Made by a program: the position numbers and the translations under genes
The notes under the pieces: generated by a model
What the model saw: only the letters and a program-made list of their open reading frames with translations
The model's database searches: none
What the model was told of the DNA's origin: nothing
Origin: an uncultured Hormoscilla sp.
GTDB lineage: Bacteria; Cyanobacteriota; Cyanobacteriia; Cyanobacteriales; Desertifilaceae
Direction of reading: 5' to 3'
DNA: 64,000 nt
Assembly: GCA_963921275.4 (NCBI GenBank)
Contig: OZ001293.3
Location: forward strand, 2,368,001 to 2,432,000
Part shown: positions 20,631 through 32,300 of the stretch, in pieces
Numbering within the stretch: the first letter of the stretch is position 1
How the letters are laid out: every line of letters starts with the position of its first letter

Positions 20631-21861
20631 TGTTTACTAGGCGGACAAATTTCTTTTTCCCCACCTGCAAAACCCGCCCCGAAAGTTCAGCTGCATCAGC
20701 AAAAGTCAAGTTCGTGTCAGAAATGCGATCGCCATCCAGGCGCACCGCCCCCCCTTCAATCTGCCTGCGGGCCTCATTACCACTTTTACATAAACCAGCT
20801 GCACTAAGGATATAAAACAGCTTAGCAGGAAACTGCACATCTTTTATGGAAAATTCTGGCACCGCCTCCGCTTGTTTAGCATCTCCGGTGACCAAAGTCA
20901 GGGCCGCCTTTTGAGCTTCTAGAGCCGATTCCTGGCCGTGATATTGGGTGACAAGATCGACAGCCAGCAATTTTTGCCGTTCCCTAGGATTTTCAGGCAA
21001 AGCATCCAGCGGCAAATTTGTCAACAGTTCAAAATAGGAAGCCACCAAATCATCGGGAATCTTCTCCAGCTTAGAGTACATCGTCAGGGCATCTTCAGAC
21101 AACCCCACATAATTGTCCAAAGACTTAGACATCTTCTGAGTCCAATCCGTCCCCAGCAAAATTGGCACCAGCAAGCCAAACTGCGGTCTTTTACCAAAAT
21201 AGCGTAGTAAATCCCGCCCCACCGCAATATTAAACTTCTGGTCAGTCCCTCCCAACTCCACATCAGCCGCGATCGCCACAGAATCATAACCCTGCATCAA
21301 AGGATAAAGGAACTCATGCAGGTAAATAGGGGTCTCCTGCTGAAAACGTTCGGCGAACCCCTCCTTGGCCAGCATCTGTCCCACCGTCATCCGGGCTAAC
21401 AACTGGAGGATTTCTCCCAAATCCAACTTAGAGAGCCACTCCGAGTTATAGCGCACTTCCAGCCGCCCGGGCGTGTCAAAGTCTATAATAGGACGTATCT
21501 GGTCCAGATACGTCTGAGCATTCTCGGCCACCTCCTCTGGTGTCAGCTGACGCCGGACCTCAGATTTTCCCGTTGGATCGCCAATTTGGGCCGTAAAATC
21601 ACCAATAATCAGCACCGCCGTATGACCAGCATCCTGAAATGCCCGCAGCTTCCGAACTGCGATACTATGACCCAAGTGCAGATCCGCACCGGTCGGGTCA
21701 ATCCCCAACTTGACCCGCAAAGGGCGATCGGTCTGAATTAACCGCTGTTCTAGATTTTCATTAATGTCGTCTGAAGTTGATCGGTCCGGAAAAATCTCAG
21801 TGACGCCCCGGCGCAACCAGGCCAAAGTTCGATCCATAGCTATTGATTGTAAGACAGTCAT
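20620..21861 (-). CDS. tyrS: Tyrosine--tRNA ligase
   Basis: [32 protein letters not shown] and a C-terminal S4 domain. Confidence 0.97.
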   Translation of the reverse strand: MTVLQSIAMDRTLAWLRRGVTEIFPDRSTSDDINENLEQRLIQTDRPLRVKLGIDPTGADLHLGHSIAVRKLRAFQDAGHTAVLIIGDFTAQIGDPTGKSEVRRQLTPEEVAENAQTYLDQIRPIIDFDTPGRLEVRYNSEWLSKLDLGEILQLLARMTVGQMLAKEGFAERFQQETPIYLHEFLYPLMQGYDSVAIAADVELGGTDQKFNIAVGRDLLRYFGKRPQFGLLVPILLGTDWTQKMSKSLDNYVGLSEDALTMYSKLEKIPDDLVASYFELLTNLPLDALPENPRERQKLLAVDLVTQYHGQESALEAQKAALTLVTGDAKQAEAVPEFSIKDVQFPAKLFYILSAAGLCKSGNEARRQIEGGAVRLDGDRISDTNLTFADAAELSGRVLQVGKKKFVRLVNSAE

Positions 21862-22367
21862 CGTTCCAGCAGAGGGCTACATAACGTTTACACCTGTTAA
21901 CATATATGACAAGCAACCACTAGATTATATGGCACCAGACTTCATAGGCGATCGCCGCTAAGATCGAATTGCACTGACCTCAGCTGTCATTGCGAGGGGG
22001 GGATCCCTTACCGAGATTTTGGCAACACTACCGGGAGACCCCCCCGAAGTAATCACCCAGCTCATCGGGTGGGTAGGAGATTGCTAGGGCTTCGGAGCTT
22101 GTTGCGAGGCACGGCCTTCGTAGCGGCGCGACGCCGGAGCGCTCTTCATCTGCTGCTGCGCTTTTACGTATACGAAGTGCTGCGCAGCAGCTAGTGCGCG
22201 TAGCGCTACGGGGGGCGGTCAACTCATATACAACACAAGTTAACTCCTCTGGGCCCCGAGCAATGACAAATCAGAGTATTATTTGACTTAAGTCAGTGCC
22301 ATTCCTGCTAGGGTCTGGATTGAGGAAAAACAAATTGAGTATATAACCAGAAACTTTCAGTAAGGAA

Positions 22368-24308
22368 GTGAAATCAACCGTGTCCTCTAATACTATCGAC
22401 CACAGACAAATAGAAATCCCACCGTCCATAGGGCATTTTGCGCAGGGAGTAGTGAAAGTAGCCGGAGGCACCATCCTTGGCCTGACCATGCTGACAAGTT
22501 CTGTGGTTGCCGGAGGACTGGTCGGCTTAGCGGTGAGCTTTCGGAACCTGCCAGATGTCAGGCGGCTGCGCAACTACGTACCCACAGAAACCAGCTATAT
22601 CTACGATATCAAGGGCAGAGTGCTCATCCGAGTCCATGATGAAGCCAACCGGGAAGTAGTCTCCCTGAATGAAATCTCTCCCGACCTCAAGCGAGCAGTT
22701 CTAGCAATTGAAGATTCCCGCTTCTACGATCACCCGGGGATAAATGCTAACAGTGTGGCCCGTGCCTTCATCGCCAACTGGCAAGAGGGAGAGGTAGTTG
22801 AAGGCGGATCCACGATCACCATGCAGTTGGTGAAAAATCTATTTCTATCTCCAGACCGTAACTTCACTCGCAAGATAGCTGAAGCTGTACTCGCCCTGCG
22901 ACTAGAACAAATTCTCACCAAACAGCAAATTCTCGAGCTGTACCTGAATCAGGTTTACTGGGGTCACAACACCTATGGGGTACAGACTGCGGCTCAGAGT
23001 TATTTTAACAAGGATGCTGCTGATTTAACTTTGGCCGAGGCAGCCCTGATGGCAGGTATCATTCAGGCTCCCGAGGACTTCAGCCCCTTCATTGATTACC
23101 CACTGGCTAAAGAGCGACAGGCTCTGGTTTTAACCCGGATGAGACAATTGGACTGGATCACCGCCGATGAAGAAGCAGAGGCCAGAGATCAACCCTTGCT
23201 CGTGGGCCGACCAACATCCTTTGGCAAAAGTGAGATTCCTTACCTGACAGATGCAGTGGTTAAGGAGCTATCGGACCGCTTTGGTGAAGACGCTGTGCTC
23301 AACGGCGGCATGCGGGTTCAAACCACGATCGACATCAATTTCCAACGGATGGCTGAGAAAGTGGTCAGGAAATGGCATACCCAGCTTTATTACCAAGGAG
23401 TGTTTTACAACTACGATCAAGGTCAAATCGCTTTAGTTGCTGTCGATCCTCGCACTCACTTTGTCAAGGCCATGGTCGGTGGCCTGGATTTTATTGAGAG
23501 TAACTATAACCGTGCTATCATGGCGCAACGTCAGCCAGGCTCTGCTTTCAAGCCTTTTGTCTACTATACGGCTTTTGCTAGTGGCAGATATACCCCTAAC
23601 TCTATTATCTATGACACGAAGCAGACCTATTGGGATGGCAAGGAGTATTACACGCCCAAAAACTACAGCGGTCAATACTCTGGCCCGGTCACCGTTCGCA
23701 AAGCTCTAGAACTGTCCCTCAATGTTCCCGCTGTCAAGATCGGTCAAGCTATAGGAATGAATAAGGTGATTGAGGTCGTTCGGACTTTGGGGATTAAAAG
23801 TCCGATTGCACCGGTAATTTCTTTGCCTCTGGGTGCGGTCGATCTGATACCTTTAGAGATGGCCAGTGCTTTTGCGACTTTTGCCAACAATGGCTGGCAT
23901 TCCGATCCCACTTTTATAGTCCAGGTAACTGACAGTAATGGCGATGTCCTGCTAGATAACACGCCTGAACCGCAACGAGTGCTCGACCCTTGGGCAGTGG
24001 CTACTCTCAATGACGTGTTGCAGGGTGTGATTAATAACGGAACCGGGAAGGCAGCTAAAATGGAGGGGCGTCCTGCTGCTGGCAAGACTGGTACTACCTC
24101 TTCCGAGCGAGATATTTGGTTTGTCGGCTATGTACCCCAGCTCTCAGTTGCTGTTTGGGTGGGTAATGATGACTACAAACCTCTGAGAGATAAAGCTACT
24201 GGTGGCAAGTATGTCGCACCGATCTGGCGCGATTTTATGCGGCAAGCCCTGGCTAATGAACCAGTGCATAATTTTCGCAAAGCTCGGGAATTTTCCCGCC
24301 CGCGCTAG
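22368..24308 (+). CDS. Class A penicillin-binding protein (PBP1A family)
   Basis: EDSRFYDH, GGSTITMQ, RKIAE, SAFK, SLN and KTGT motifs. Confidence 0.95.
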   Translation: MKSTVSSNTIDHRQIEIPPSIGHFAQGVVKVAGGTILGLTMLTSSVVAGGLVGLAVSFRNLPDVRRLRNYVPTETSYIYDIKGRVLIRVHDEANREVVSLNEISPDLKRAVLAIEDSRFYDHPGINANSVARAFIANWQEGEVVEGGSTITMQLVKNLFLSPDRNFTRKIAEAVLALRLEQILTKQQILELYLNQVYWGHNTYGVQTAAQSYFNKDAADLTLAEAALMAGIIQAPEDFSPFIDYPLAKERQALVLTRMRQLDWITADEEAEARDQPLLVGRPTSFGKSEIPYLTDAVVKELSDRFGEDAVLNGGMRVQTTIDINFQRMAEKVVRKWHTQLYYQGVFYNYDQGQIALVAVDPRTHFVKAMVGGLDFIESNYNRAIMAQRQPGSAFKPFVYYTAFASGRYTPNSIIYDTKQTYWDGKEYYTPKNYSGQYSGPVTVRKALELSLNVPAVKIGQAIGMNKVIEVVRTLGIKSPIAPVISLPLGAVDLIPLEMASAFATFANNGWHSDPTFIVQVTDSNGDVLLDNTPEPQRVLDPWAVATLNDVLQGVINNGTGKAAKMEGRPAAGKTGTTSSERDIWFVGYVPQLSVAVWVGNDDYKPLRDKATGGKYVAPIWRDFMRQALANEPVHNFRKAREFSRPR

Positions 24309-24336
24309 CATGGTTGTAGCGGGATCGCAACTGGCT

Positions 24337-24660
24337 TTAAGATGGCTTTTCAATCTCAGACTTCATCCGTTCCAGGGTGAGGTTCATCTGGTCAAACATT
24401 TGCTGAGGCGTAATGCCAAATTGACCCAGCTGGGTTTTCAACTGCTCGATCGTCATCTGCGCCATGAAGTCTTCGGAAAGCTCAAAGCGCTTCATAAAGA
24501 TGCGGTAGCGCTCCATCAAGGCTTCCATTTGCTGGATGAATAATTTTTTTCCTTCGCGGTCAAATTTGCCGTAGTCACTTCCGAGTTGGACGAGAGATTG
24601 ATAATCGGAAAACAACTTCTTGGCTTCTTCCTGGACTATATCAGAATTAAAAAATCCCAT
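24337..24660 (-). CDS. DUF1825 family cyanobacterial protein
   Basis: MGFFNSDIVQEEAK..YGKFDREGKK..KRFELSED. Confidence 0.85.
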   Translation of the reverse strand: MGFFNSDIVQEEAKKLFSDYQSLVQLGSDYGKFDREGKKLFIQQMEALMERYRIFMKRFELSEDFMAQMTIEQLKTQLGQFGITPQQMFDQMNLTLERMKSEIEKPS

Positions 24661-25028
24661 TGTTCTTGAGGTTGATTTGCTTGAAAGTAGTGCGCCGTGC
24701 TGTGCATCTACTCATATTTTAGTGCAGCCTTTAGTTTCGGGAAAATGCGGTTTTCCGTATCACCCACCTAGTCCGGGCGGATCGCCTGTCAACAGGATGC
24801 CCTCCATTTCTACAGATAAAGGGTTAATAAGCAATTCAAAATTCTCTCATTCAAAATTAAAAATGGGGAACCCATTCAGGACAAGGCTTTCATAAGATCG
24901 GCCTATGCAATTTAAATGCACGACAGCTTAAGCGTAACGCACCGCCAATATCGGTGCGTTACAGGGGTGTCTGACGATCGCCCTCTCTCATTTGTCAGTA
25001 TAAATACATAAGGCACCCAACATAGGCA

Positions 25029-25601
25029 TTAGATTAGACCAATGCGGTTAGGCGGCCAAAAGCGAAAGCAGGCGCGACCGATGATATTCTCTCTGGGTAA
25101 AAAACCCCAAATATGGGAGTCATTGCTGTTATTTCGGTTGTCTCCCATCATAAATAATTTATCCTTCGGAACCTGGGCAGGGCCCCAGGAATATTCTGGC
25201 AACTCGGCAATGTAGTCTTCCTTCTGGGGTTGATTATCCAGATAGACTTTACCATTTTTTATTTCCACAGTTTGGCTCGGTTCTCCAATAATCCGTTTGA
25301 TGAAGGCTTGATCTGTAGTGTATCCCAGTTTTTGCAGCAGTTTGGGCGGTTCAAAGACTACTATCTCACCCCTCGCCGGCGGACGAAAATGGTAGGATAC
25401 TTTTTCCACTACTAGCCTGTCGCCCACTCTCAAAGTTGGCACCATTGAATCCGAGGGGATGTAGCGAGGTTCCGCCACAACTGTCCGCAGCAACAGCGCT
25501 ATAATCAGGGCAATTACCACGATCCCGAGATTTTCCCGTTGCCCACGCCATACCCGCTGCCACAATGCTGTATCTTCTATTTGCTTTTCTGGTAATGTCA
25601 T
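25029..25601 (-). CDS. lepB: Signal peptidase I
   Basis: IPSDSMVPTL, FIKRIIG and GDNRNNSNDS motifs. Confidence 0.95.
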   Translation of the reverse strand: MTLPEKQIEDTALWQRVWRGQRENLGIVVIALIIALLLRTVVAEPRYIPSDSMVPTLRVGDRLVVEKVSYHFRPPARGEIVVFEPPKLLQKLGYTTDQAFIKRIIGEPSQTVEIKNGKVYLDNQPQKEDYIAELPEYSWGPAQVPKDKLFMMGDNRNNSNDSHIWGFLPRENIIGRACFRFWPPNRIGLI

Positions 25602-25725
25602 AAAACGAACAAGACGACTTATAAGGATAAATTATAAAGTATAAACTATTAATTGCAAATTATCAATTGCAAATTGTCAATTTGCCTCCTTTATACTTCA
25701 TCCTTTAGCAATCCTATAAGCTGTT

Positions 25726-26058
25726 GTGCATTTAGGGACTTGCGCAAAAATAGATTACCAGCCACTGGCCCCCACGGGAGCGCCCCATTTTGAATTTATT
25801 ATTATCGTCAACACAAAAAAAACCTGGTACATTCTCAAGGGCTCCGATGGTCACTGCGACATTGTCCCGATGCTCCCAGACTCCACTGATCGCTCATCCG
25901 ACAAACAGGAGTATATCGCCTCTTGGGAGCCAAATGCTTCCCCACAAGAAGCGATCGGCAAGCGAGTCGGACTTATTCGATCTGGTATCGTGAACCTATC
26001 TGATTACATCTGCCTTTGGGAAAACGGCGTTGCCTATTTTCGGGATGATGCCTTGTAA
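25726..26058 (+). CDS. Small conserved hypothetical protein, start uncertain, possibly degraded
   Basis: WYILK...HCDIV...SPQEAIGKRVGLIRSG resembles a short cyanobacterial family. Confidence 0.4.
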   Translation: MHLGTCAKIDYQPLAPTGAPHFEFIIIVNTKKTWYILKGSDGHCDIVPMLPDSTDRSSDKQEYIASWEPNASPQEAIGKRVGLIRSGIVNLSDYICLWENGVAYFRDDAL

Positions 26059-26089
26059 TTTTTGCAGCGCAGCCTGTTGCGTTCCCAGG

Positions 26090-26124
26090 CAACTGACAAC
26101 TGACAACTGACAACTGACAACTGA
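26090..26124. repeat. STRR-type heptamer tract (CAACTGA)x5
   Basis: Five perfect units. A similar tract lies at ~3537-3558. Confidence 0.9.
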
Positions 26125-26153
26125 CGTCATCCCCTAATTGTGCAACGGAAAAC

Positions 26154-27452
26154 TTAAAAACCAATTGATTGAGCGCGATTTTCTCGCCCTTTGGCAATTT
26201 CCTGATTTAAAACTTCCAATGCTATAGCATATTGGGTGTCTGCCTTGGTGCCAATTTTAGTCATATCTAGTCTCAATTGTTGCTTCTGCTCGTCTGTCAG
26301 GGCAATCTCCACATCCGGCGCTATGCCCAACTTATTGATATCCCGGCCACTGGGGGTGAGATACTTCGCGATCGTCACTGCCAGACCGGAACCATCTCCC
26401 AAATGCCGCACTGATTGCACCAAACCTTTGCCGAAAGTTTGGGTTCCAACGATCAGGGCACGTTGATTGTCCTGCAATGCTCCTGAGAGGATCTCACTCG
26501 CACTCGCTGAACCGCCATCCACTAGCACCACCAGAGGTTTATCCGTCAGAGCGCGTCTCTTCGCCCACTGCGCATCACCTTCTCCCTTGCGGTTAACCGT
26601 TGAGACTATTCTACCATTTTCCAGCCACATCCGGGCAATTTCCACCGATGCGTAAAGTAAGCCACCGGGGTTTGAACGCATATCCAAGATATAGCCAGAT
26701 ACATTCTGTGCTTCTAAATCTGCGATCGCATCTCGCATTTCCCTCGCCGCTGGGTTGCTAAACTGCTTCAAGCGAATGTAACCGATTCCCTCACCATTTG
26801 GCTCCTGCTGATAACTGTAGTTTACTGGATGAATCTCAATTCGTTCCCGCTCGATCAGAAAATCTATTTCCTCCTCTCCTCGGAGGATAGTCAGGGTCAC
26901 GGATGATCCCACTGGCCCCCGGATTAACTTCACCGCATCATTGACATTCATGCCCTTAGTACTCTTGCCATCAATTTTGATGATGAAGTCCTTGGCAATA
27001 ATACCCGCCTTAAAAGCTGGCGTGTCTTCGATCGGAGATACCACCACCAGCTTTTTAGTTTCTTCATCTTGTGACAGATGAATCCCCACACCCGTCAGTT
27101 CCCCGGAAGTATCAATTTGCATATTCTTGAACTCTTCGGGATCCATAAACCTGGTATAAGGGTCATTCAGCTGCTTTAGCATTTCCCGGATCGCCTTATA
27201 TGCTTCTTCCGGGGTCGTGTAATTGCGATCCAGGTACTCGGTCCGCACCGAGAGCCAATCGACCTGATTAAATGTGCCATCGACATAGTTACGGTAAATT
27301 ATCTGCCACACTTCATCTACGAGTTCTTTCGGGCTGTCCTGAAAGAATGCTTGACCGCGCAGATGAATATCTGCACTGGCAACGGCTACTGCTGTTAGCA
27401 TCACTGCCGTTGCACCTACAACGAATCCTCGTCCTCGTGTTGTCTTTGTCAT
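26154..27452 (-). CDS. ctpC: Carboxyl-terminal processing protease (S41A, probably CtpC type)
   Basis: DPYTRF, PDZ domain, DMRSNPGG, SASASEI and TFGKGLVQ motifs. The paralog assignment is tentative. Confidence 0.85.
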   Translation of the reverse strand: MTKTTRGRGFVVGATAVMLTAVAVASADIHLRGQAFFQDSPKELVDEVWQIIYRNYVDGTFNQVDWLSVRTEYLDRNYTTPEEAYKAIREMLKQLNDPYTRFMDPEEFKNMQIDTSGELTGVGIHLSQDEETKKLVVVSPIEDTPAFKAGIIAKDFIIKIDGKSTKGMNVNDAVKLIRGPVGSSVTLTILRGEEEIDFLIERERIEIHPVNYSYQQEPNGEGIGYIRLKQFSNPAAREMRDAIADLEAQNVSGYILDMRSNPGGLLYASVEIARMWLENGRIVSTVNRKGEGDAQWAKRRALTDKPLVVLVDGGSASASEILSGALQDNQRALIVGTQTFGKGLVQSVRHLGDGSGLAVTIAKYLTPSGRDINKLGIAPDVEIALTDEQKQQLRLDMTKIGTKADTQYAIALEVLNQEIAKGRENRAQSIGF

Positions 27453-27714
27453 AAGTTTAAAAGAACCTGATATACTTTAGGGGGATTTAATTCCAATTTA
27501 ACACAGGCGATTTTTGCTCTCCTTAATTGGGCTGGCGGTCGTCGCTGCTGCTTTCGGGTTCGGTGAATAATTTTTCCCTACTACAAGTATTCCTTTTCGG
27601 CAATTGAGAGGTCATTTGTCTAGCACGAGTTTGAGATTTTTTCCGAACCGCCAATTGCCGATAGGAGTCCCTCGCCTGTCATGTCTGGGAGTGGATGTCT
27701 AAGTCCGATCTTTT

Positions 27715-28932
27715 TTAAGGATCTATCCAGCGACCGTCTGCCTTAATGAGGTTGATTAATTCTTCAACTCCGCTTGATTCGGGGACTTTTTTGATTTCTT
27801 CTCTACCACGATACAGAGAAATGTATCCGGGCTGTTTGCCTACATAGCCGTAGTCTGCATCTGCCATTTCTCCGGGGCCATTGACAATACAACCCATAAC
27901 GGCTATATCTAGACCTGTCAGATGTTTGGTGGCTTCTCGCACTCGATGGAGCACCTCTTCTAGGTTAAATAGGGTGCGACCACAAGAGGGACAAGCAACG
28001 TACTCGACCATTGTTTTCCGCAGCCCTAGGGCTTGTAGAATACTGTAGCATACAGGAATCTCTTTTTTCGGAGCTTCGGTGAGGGAAACACGAATTGTAT
28101 CGCCAATTCCATCGGCTAGCAGGGTGGCTATTCCTGCTGTGGACTTAATCCGCCCATATTCGCCGTCACCAGCTTCTGTGACACCCAGATGCAACGGATA
28201 ATCCATCCCGAACTCATCCATGCGCTTGACTATCAGGCGATAGGCTGCTAACATGACTGGCACCCGCGATGCCTTCAGGGAGATGACCAGATTGCGAAAA
28301 TCGAGAGATTCACAAATCTTGATGAACTCTATGGCTGATTCTACCATACCTGCTGGGGTGTCGCCATAGGTAAACAGCATCCTTTCGGCCAGGGAACCGT
28401 GATTAACGCCGATGCGCATGGCTTTGTCGGTGTCTCGCAGGACAATCACCAAGGGTGCTAGGGTTTGACGGATTTTGTCGCCTATTTCCTCAAATTCCGC
28501 CTTTGTGTATTCTGTCCTATCTGACTTGGGCTTTTCAAACACGTACAAGCCGGGATTAATCCGGACTTTATCGACATGTTTGGCTACTTCCAGGGCGATT
28601 TTCATGCCGTTGTGGTGGACATCGGCCACCAGTGGCACCTGTTGGTAAGTCTGAATCAGTTTTTGCTTGATTTGGCCTAGGGCTACCGCATGTGCCATGC
28701 TGGGAATGGTGATGCGGACGATTTCGCAACCAATAGAGTGCAGGCGACGAATGGCGGCGATCGATCCTTCTATATCCAGGGTATCTTCGTTAATCATGGA
28801 CTGCACCACGACAGGATAGCCCCCACCGATGGTGACGTTGCCTACTTTCACTGGCCTGGTTTTTCGCCGGTGGATGGTGGTGTCAAAGCTGGGTGGAATG
28901 GATGTGGTTGTGGGTATGGTCAGGGTTTGCAT
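27715..28932 (-). CDS. ispG: HMBPP synthase
   Basis: [29 protein letters not shown] and [10 protein letters not shown] motifs. Confidence 0.97.
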   Translation of the reverse strand: MQTLTIPTTTSIPPSFDTTIHRRKTRPVKVGNVTIGGGYPVVVQSMINEDTLDIEGSIAAIRRLHSIGCEIVRITIPSMAHAVALGQIKQKLIQTYQQVPLVADVHHNGMKIALEVAKHVDKVRINPGLYVFEKPKSDRTEYTKAEFEEIGDKIRQTLAPLVIVLRDTDKAMRIGVNHGSLAERMLFTYGDTPAGMVESAIEFIKICESLDFRNLVISLKASRVPVMLAAYRLIVKRMDEFGMDYPLHLGVTEAGDGEYGRIKSTAGIATLLADGIGDTIRVSLTEAPKKEIPVCYSILQALGLRKTMVEYVACPSCGRTLFNLEEVLHRVREATKHLTGLDIAVMGCIVNGPGEMADADYGYVGKQPGYISLYRGREEIKKVPESSGVEELINLIKADGRWIDP

Positions 28933-29611
28933 GAGTTGCTGATGTTATCTCTACTTTTCAGATTGCCACAACTGGGGTCACTTTTTCCCAGGAAGTCCGA
29001 CAGAACAATCGAATGGGGCATAGTTCCATGCATTGATTGCGGTACACTGTCTGTAGCTGCCCAGAGTTGCGACTAAAGTGCCCAAAAACTTACACATCTC
29101 TCATATTTGGGGTAATCCTCAGTACGAGCGGGCTATTTTGCGGTGATCAAAATACTCTCGCTCGTTCCGTATTATTGCCATAGCAGGCTGAGTCTTATCT
29201 TTAGAGCGGCAAATCCGGTGTATTACTTGCTTTTTGTGAGGTAAGTCCACTAAGCTAGAAAAAACAGTGGATGGCTAGCCCTGGCTGCTAACTATAAGCG
29301 CTCGCAGCGTGAGCGTGTTACGCCACGAGCTTTGCTGGCTGCGGCTTGAGCGCGCCAATCTTATGCACTCTGTTATACTTGCGCGGATCTACTCGAGGGG
29401 GGAAGTTACTCAAAAAGCACAAGGATATCTCAATTATTCCCCCCCTCGCAATGACATTCTTTAATTGCCTCAAAAAGCGCGGTTTATGACCGTTCAGAGT
29501 ATAGTCAGACATAAGTTTTTTCTTACTGTGTCAAGTATTGTCATTTAAACATCGGGATGTGGGAATTTAGAGCATTATTATACTGACAAGTTAATGCAAA
29601 GATGAGGATTT

Positions 29612-30124
29612 ATGGATCGAAGCTCTAGTAAGGTGATGTTGGATAATAACGAATGGATCAGAGCATTGGGGTTGATTGAATCGAATAGCCGTGCCCTCGC
29701 TGCTTTATCTGATCAAGTCCAATCAGAAGGCCGGGAAAATCGTCAGCGAATTGAGTCCAATAGTCGGGCGATCGCGGCTTTAGGTGAGAAGGTGACAGAT
29801 ACGGAAAAGACGGATTTGGAGCTGATCAAAGCCAATAGTAAAGCGATCGGGAATCTGACTCAGGTTCTAGGTCAGCTGCAAGATGGACAAGCAATGCTGA
29901 CAAAATTGCTTTCAGAACAACAGGAACTTCTCAAGGAGTTTAGAGAGATCGTCAAAGAAATTTTGAAAAGATTGGAACAATCGCAAACTCAGACGAATGA
30001 AGATTTGGAAACGATCACCCATGAACTGATCGGTATGCGAGATGTTTTTTTGAAGATGCAGCAGGAAGTTTTATCTATGTTGCAGGATGGGGAGCAGAAG
30101 CAGCAGTCCCAGTCAGATGGATGA
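29612..30124 (+). CDS. Coiled-coil hypothetical protein
   Basis: 170-aa ORF with GAGGA RBS and repeated IESNSRA(L/I)AAL motifs. Confidence 0.65.
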   Translation: MDRSSSKVMLDNNEWIRALGLIESNSRALAALSDQVQSEGRENRQRIESNSRAIAALGEKVTDTEKTDLELIKANSKAIGNLTQVLGQLQDGQAMLTKLLSEQQELLKEFREIVKEILKRLEQSQTQTNEDLETITHELIGMRDVFLKMQQEVLSMLQDGEQKQQSQSDG

Positions 30125-30202
30125 TTGGCAAGGGATACCGAAAGGGGATGCTTAGTGAGGGCATCCCCCGATCGGCTTTTATTTAGTAAAGTCAGGAATC
30201 AC

Positions 30203-30382
30203 CTATTGGGGTGGTTGCAGGCGTTTTTTCCTGATAGCTTCGTCAGCCATCTCCAGCATTGTATCCAAGGAAGTATCTTTGATGAACTTGGACGCGGACT
30301 CTGCATATGAGCGGTGGGGACATTTATCTCCCAAAATGCAGCCGTTGACGCAGGCTTGGGCGCAGTTGATAGTAGGTTCCAT
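30203..30382 (-). CDS. 59-aa Cys-rich small protein absent from the ORF track (likely premature TAG)
   Basis: MEPTINCAQACVNGCILGDKCPHR...RKKRLQPPQ* with a GGAG RBS. The frame continues VIPDFTK* to 30179. Confidence 0.7.
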   Translation of the reverse strand: MEPTINCAQACVNGCILGDKCPHRSYAESASKFIKDTSLDTMLEMADEAIRKKRLQPPQ

Positions 30383-30469
30383 GTTCTCCGGGGTGAAAAT
30401 ATCACTTTAGAGATTGTAATAAAAAAGTGGCCTCGGAGGGGCGTCTCGCCTGTCCGGGGGATTGACAGT

Positions 30470-31813
30470 TTAGTCGGACTGCAATTCCAGGATTTTTGCC
30501 CGGGCAAATTTCAGCAATTCTTTAGCTTCAGCAGTTGCTGTAGTTCCTGGCTGCACTATTTCCAAATAATTAATAATACTTTGTAATTTACTCGCGAGTA
30601 AACTCCGGTTGGGATTAGAACCAGCTAGGGTTTGCCACTGGGAAATTAAATCTTTGGCCCGTAGGAGTGCAGTCACAGACTCAAGTTCGGCTTGCCGTCG
30701 AGTTCGCGCTACCCCCAGGTTTTGCTGATATTGAGCTAGTCTTTGTTGGGCATCGACATAGGCAGGATCTGCGAGTGGCACTTGTTTCAGGCGATCGATC
30801 GCTTGCTGCCACAGAAGCGCAATTTCTTGCCATTGGGCGGCGGTGTGGGGCGGGTTTTGGGCGGCGTTAGCAGCTGTCCAACCAAATTGCTTGGCCGCTG
30901 CGATTAAGCTATAGCTGCGCTGACTGGCAGTTGTTTGACTGGAAACTTGCTGAAAATCCCGTCGGTAGGCAGCTAGTTGAGTTTGGGACATCCTTCCTGC
31001 TAGGGTTTGGGAGGGGATTTGATTGAGCAGATCCATTCCCTCTTGCCAAGCGGCGATCGCCTCTTGTTTTTCTGCGGCATCCTGGGCCTGTTGATACTGC
31101 TGCTTGGCCTTGTTAACTGCTGCGGTTCCTTCTGTCAGCAGAGTCTGTGCATTTTGTTCTTGATAAACCTTAGCTTCCATGCGCCCCACCCGTTTGCGGG
31201 CTGATTCAAATTCGTCGAGGGTGAACTGCCAAGTACAACTAAACAAGGTACAGTATCTTTGGGGATAATAGCCGAGAAACCAAACTGGCAAGGCATCCAG
31301 ATGGGATTGTGCTTTTTTTACCTTTTGGGCACTTAATTCAAAATCCGCTCTTGCAGTGGCTTTGTTCACTAGCTGGTCCCCTTGCTCAATAGAGGCGATC
31401 GCCCCGCGATAATTACGATCCATGCTCATATAACTGGGCAGCAGCAAAAGTGGGACAGTCCGTGCCACTGGCCACCTAATCATCGGATAAGGCAAGTTAA
31501 CGACATAGATCAACCCAGCTGCACCCAACAACAGGGCCGCTGGCCACTTCATTTTGCTCAAGGCCGATGGCGGACGGTTAGCTTTAGCAGCTGCTTTCAG
31601 GGCTTTTTCGCTAAACTGGGGAAACACATCCACAACCGTGTCTCGGAGTTCTTCGACTTCAGCAGGGTCGCCTTTTTGCCGACGCAGCTTTTCTAAGCGC
31701 TGCATGACAATCGACTTCTCGGTTTGGCTTAACTGATCTGTGCCAGCACATTGGTAAACTTCGGCTCGCAGGATTTCAAAAGCACGCTTATTCAGACGGG
31801 ACATAGATTTCAC
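30470..31813 (-). CDS. Conserved cyanobacterial membrane-anchored helical protein
   Basis: 447 aa with one TM segment; NLPYPMIRWPVA..LLLPSY; HIP1-rich. Confidence 0.78.
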   Translation of the reverse strand: MKSMSRLNKRAFEILRAEVYQCAGTDQLSQTEKSIVMQRLEKLRRQKGDPAEVEELRDTVVDVFPQFSEKALKAAAKANRPPSALSKMKWPAALLLGAAGLIYVVNLPYPMIRWPVARTVPLLLLPSYMSMDRNYRGAIASIEQGDQLVNKATARADFELSAQKVKKAQSHLDALPVWFLGYYPQRYCTLFSCTWQFTLDEFESARKRVGRMEAKVYQEQNAQTLLTEGTAAVNKAKQQYQQAQDAAEKQEAIAAWQEGMDLLNQIPSQTLAGRMSQTQLAAYRRDFQQVSSQTTASQRSYSLIAAAKQFGWTAANAAQNPPHTAAQWQEIALLWQQAIDRLKQVPLADPAYVDAQQRLAQYQQNLGVARTRRQAELESVTALLRAKDLISQWQTLAGSNPNRSLLASKLQSIINYLEIVQPGTTATAEAKELLKFARAKILELQSD

Positions 31814-32074
31814 CCCTACTGCTCTTGTGATGAAAGTATTTTTAGTTTATTATTTCATCGATAGAATATCAACCGCAGATTGCTTCGTGCCTCGCAACGT
31901 CAGTTGTGGGTTGTTAATTGTGAATTGAGCACCGGTGATATAAAGGCGGCAGATCCTAGGGCAACCAGCGATCGACTTGCTCAATAGAGGCGATCGCCCC
32001 GCGATAATTACGATCCATGCTCAGATAACTGGGCAGCAGCAAAAGTGGGGCAGTCCGTGCCACCGGCCACCTAA

Positions 32075-32234
32075 GGGACTTGCGGTTTAATAATGTACCA
32101 ACGACTTCGCTACTGGACTGTCTGGGTTAAACTTGCAAGCACGGCCCGGCTAAAGTTCAAAACCCCCGCCTAATCAGCTTAAGTCGTCTTAAGACGACTG
32201 AGGTTATTCGGTACTTTATTTCTGCGCAAGTCCC
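32075..32234 (+). mobile_element. MITE family B, left copy (160 bp)
   Basis: TIR gggacttgcg / cgcaagtccc. Confidence 0.9.
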
Positions 32235-32300
32235 TAAAGGTCTAGGAAGGGCTCTTGTAAATGCCCAGGAGGTAGTCCGCCTGGGCAGCGGAGGCTACTA

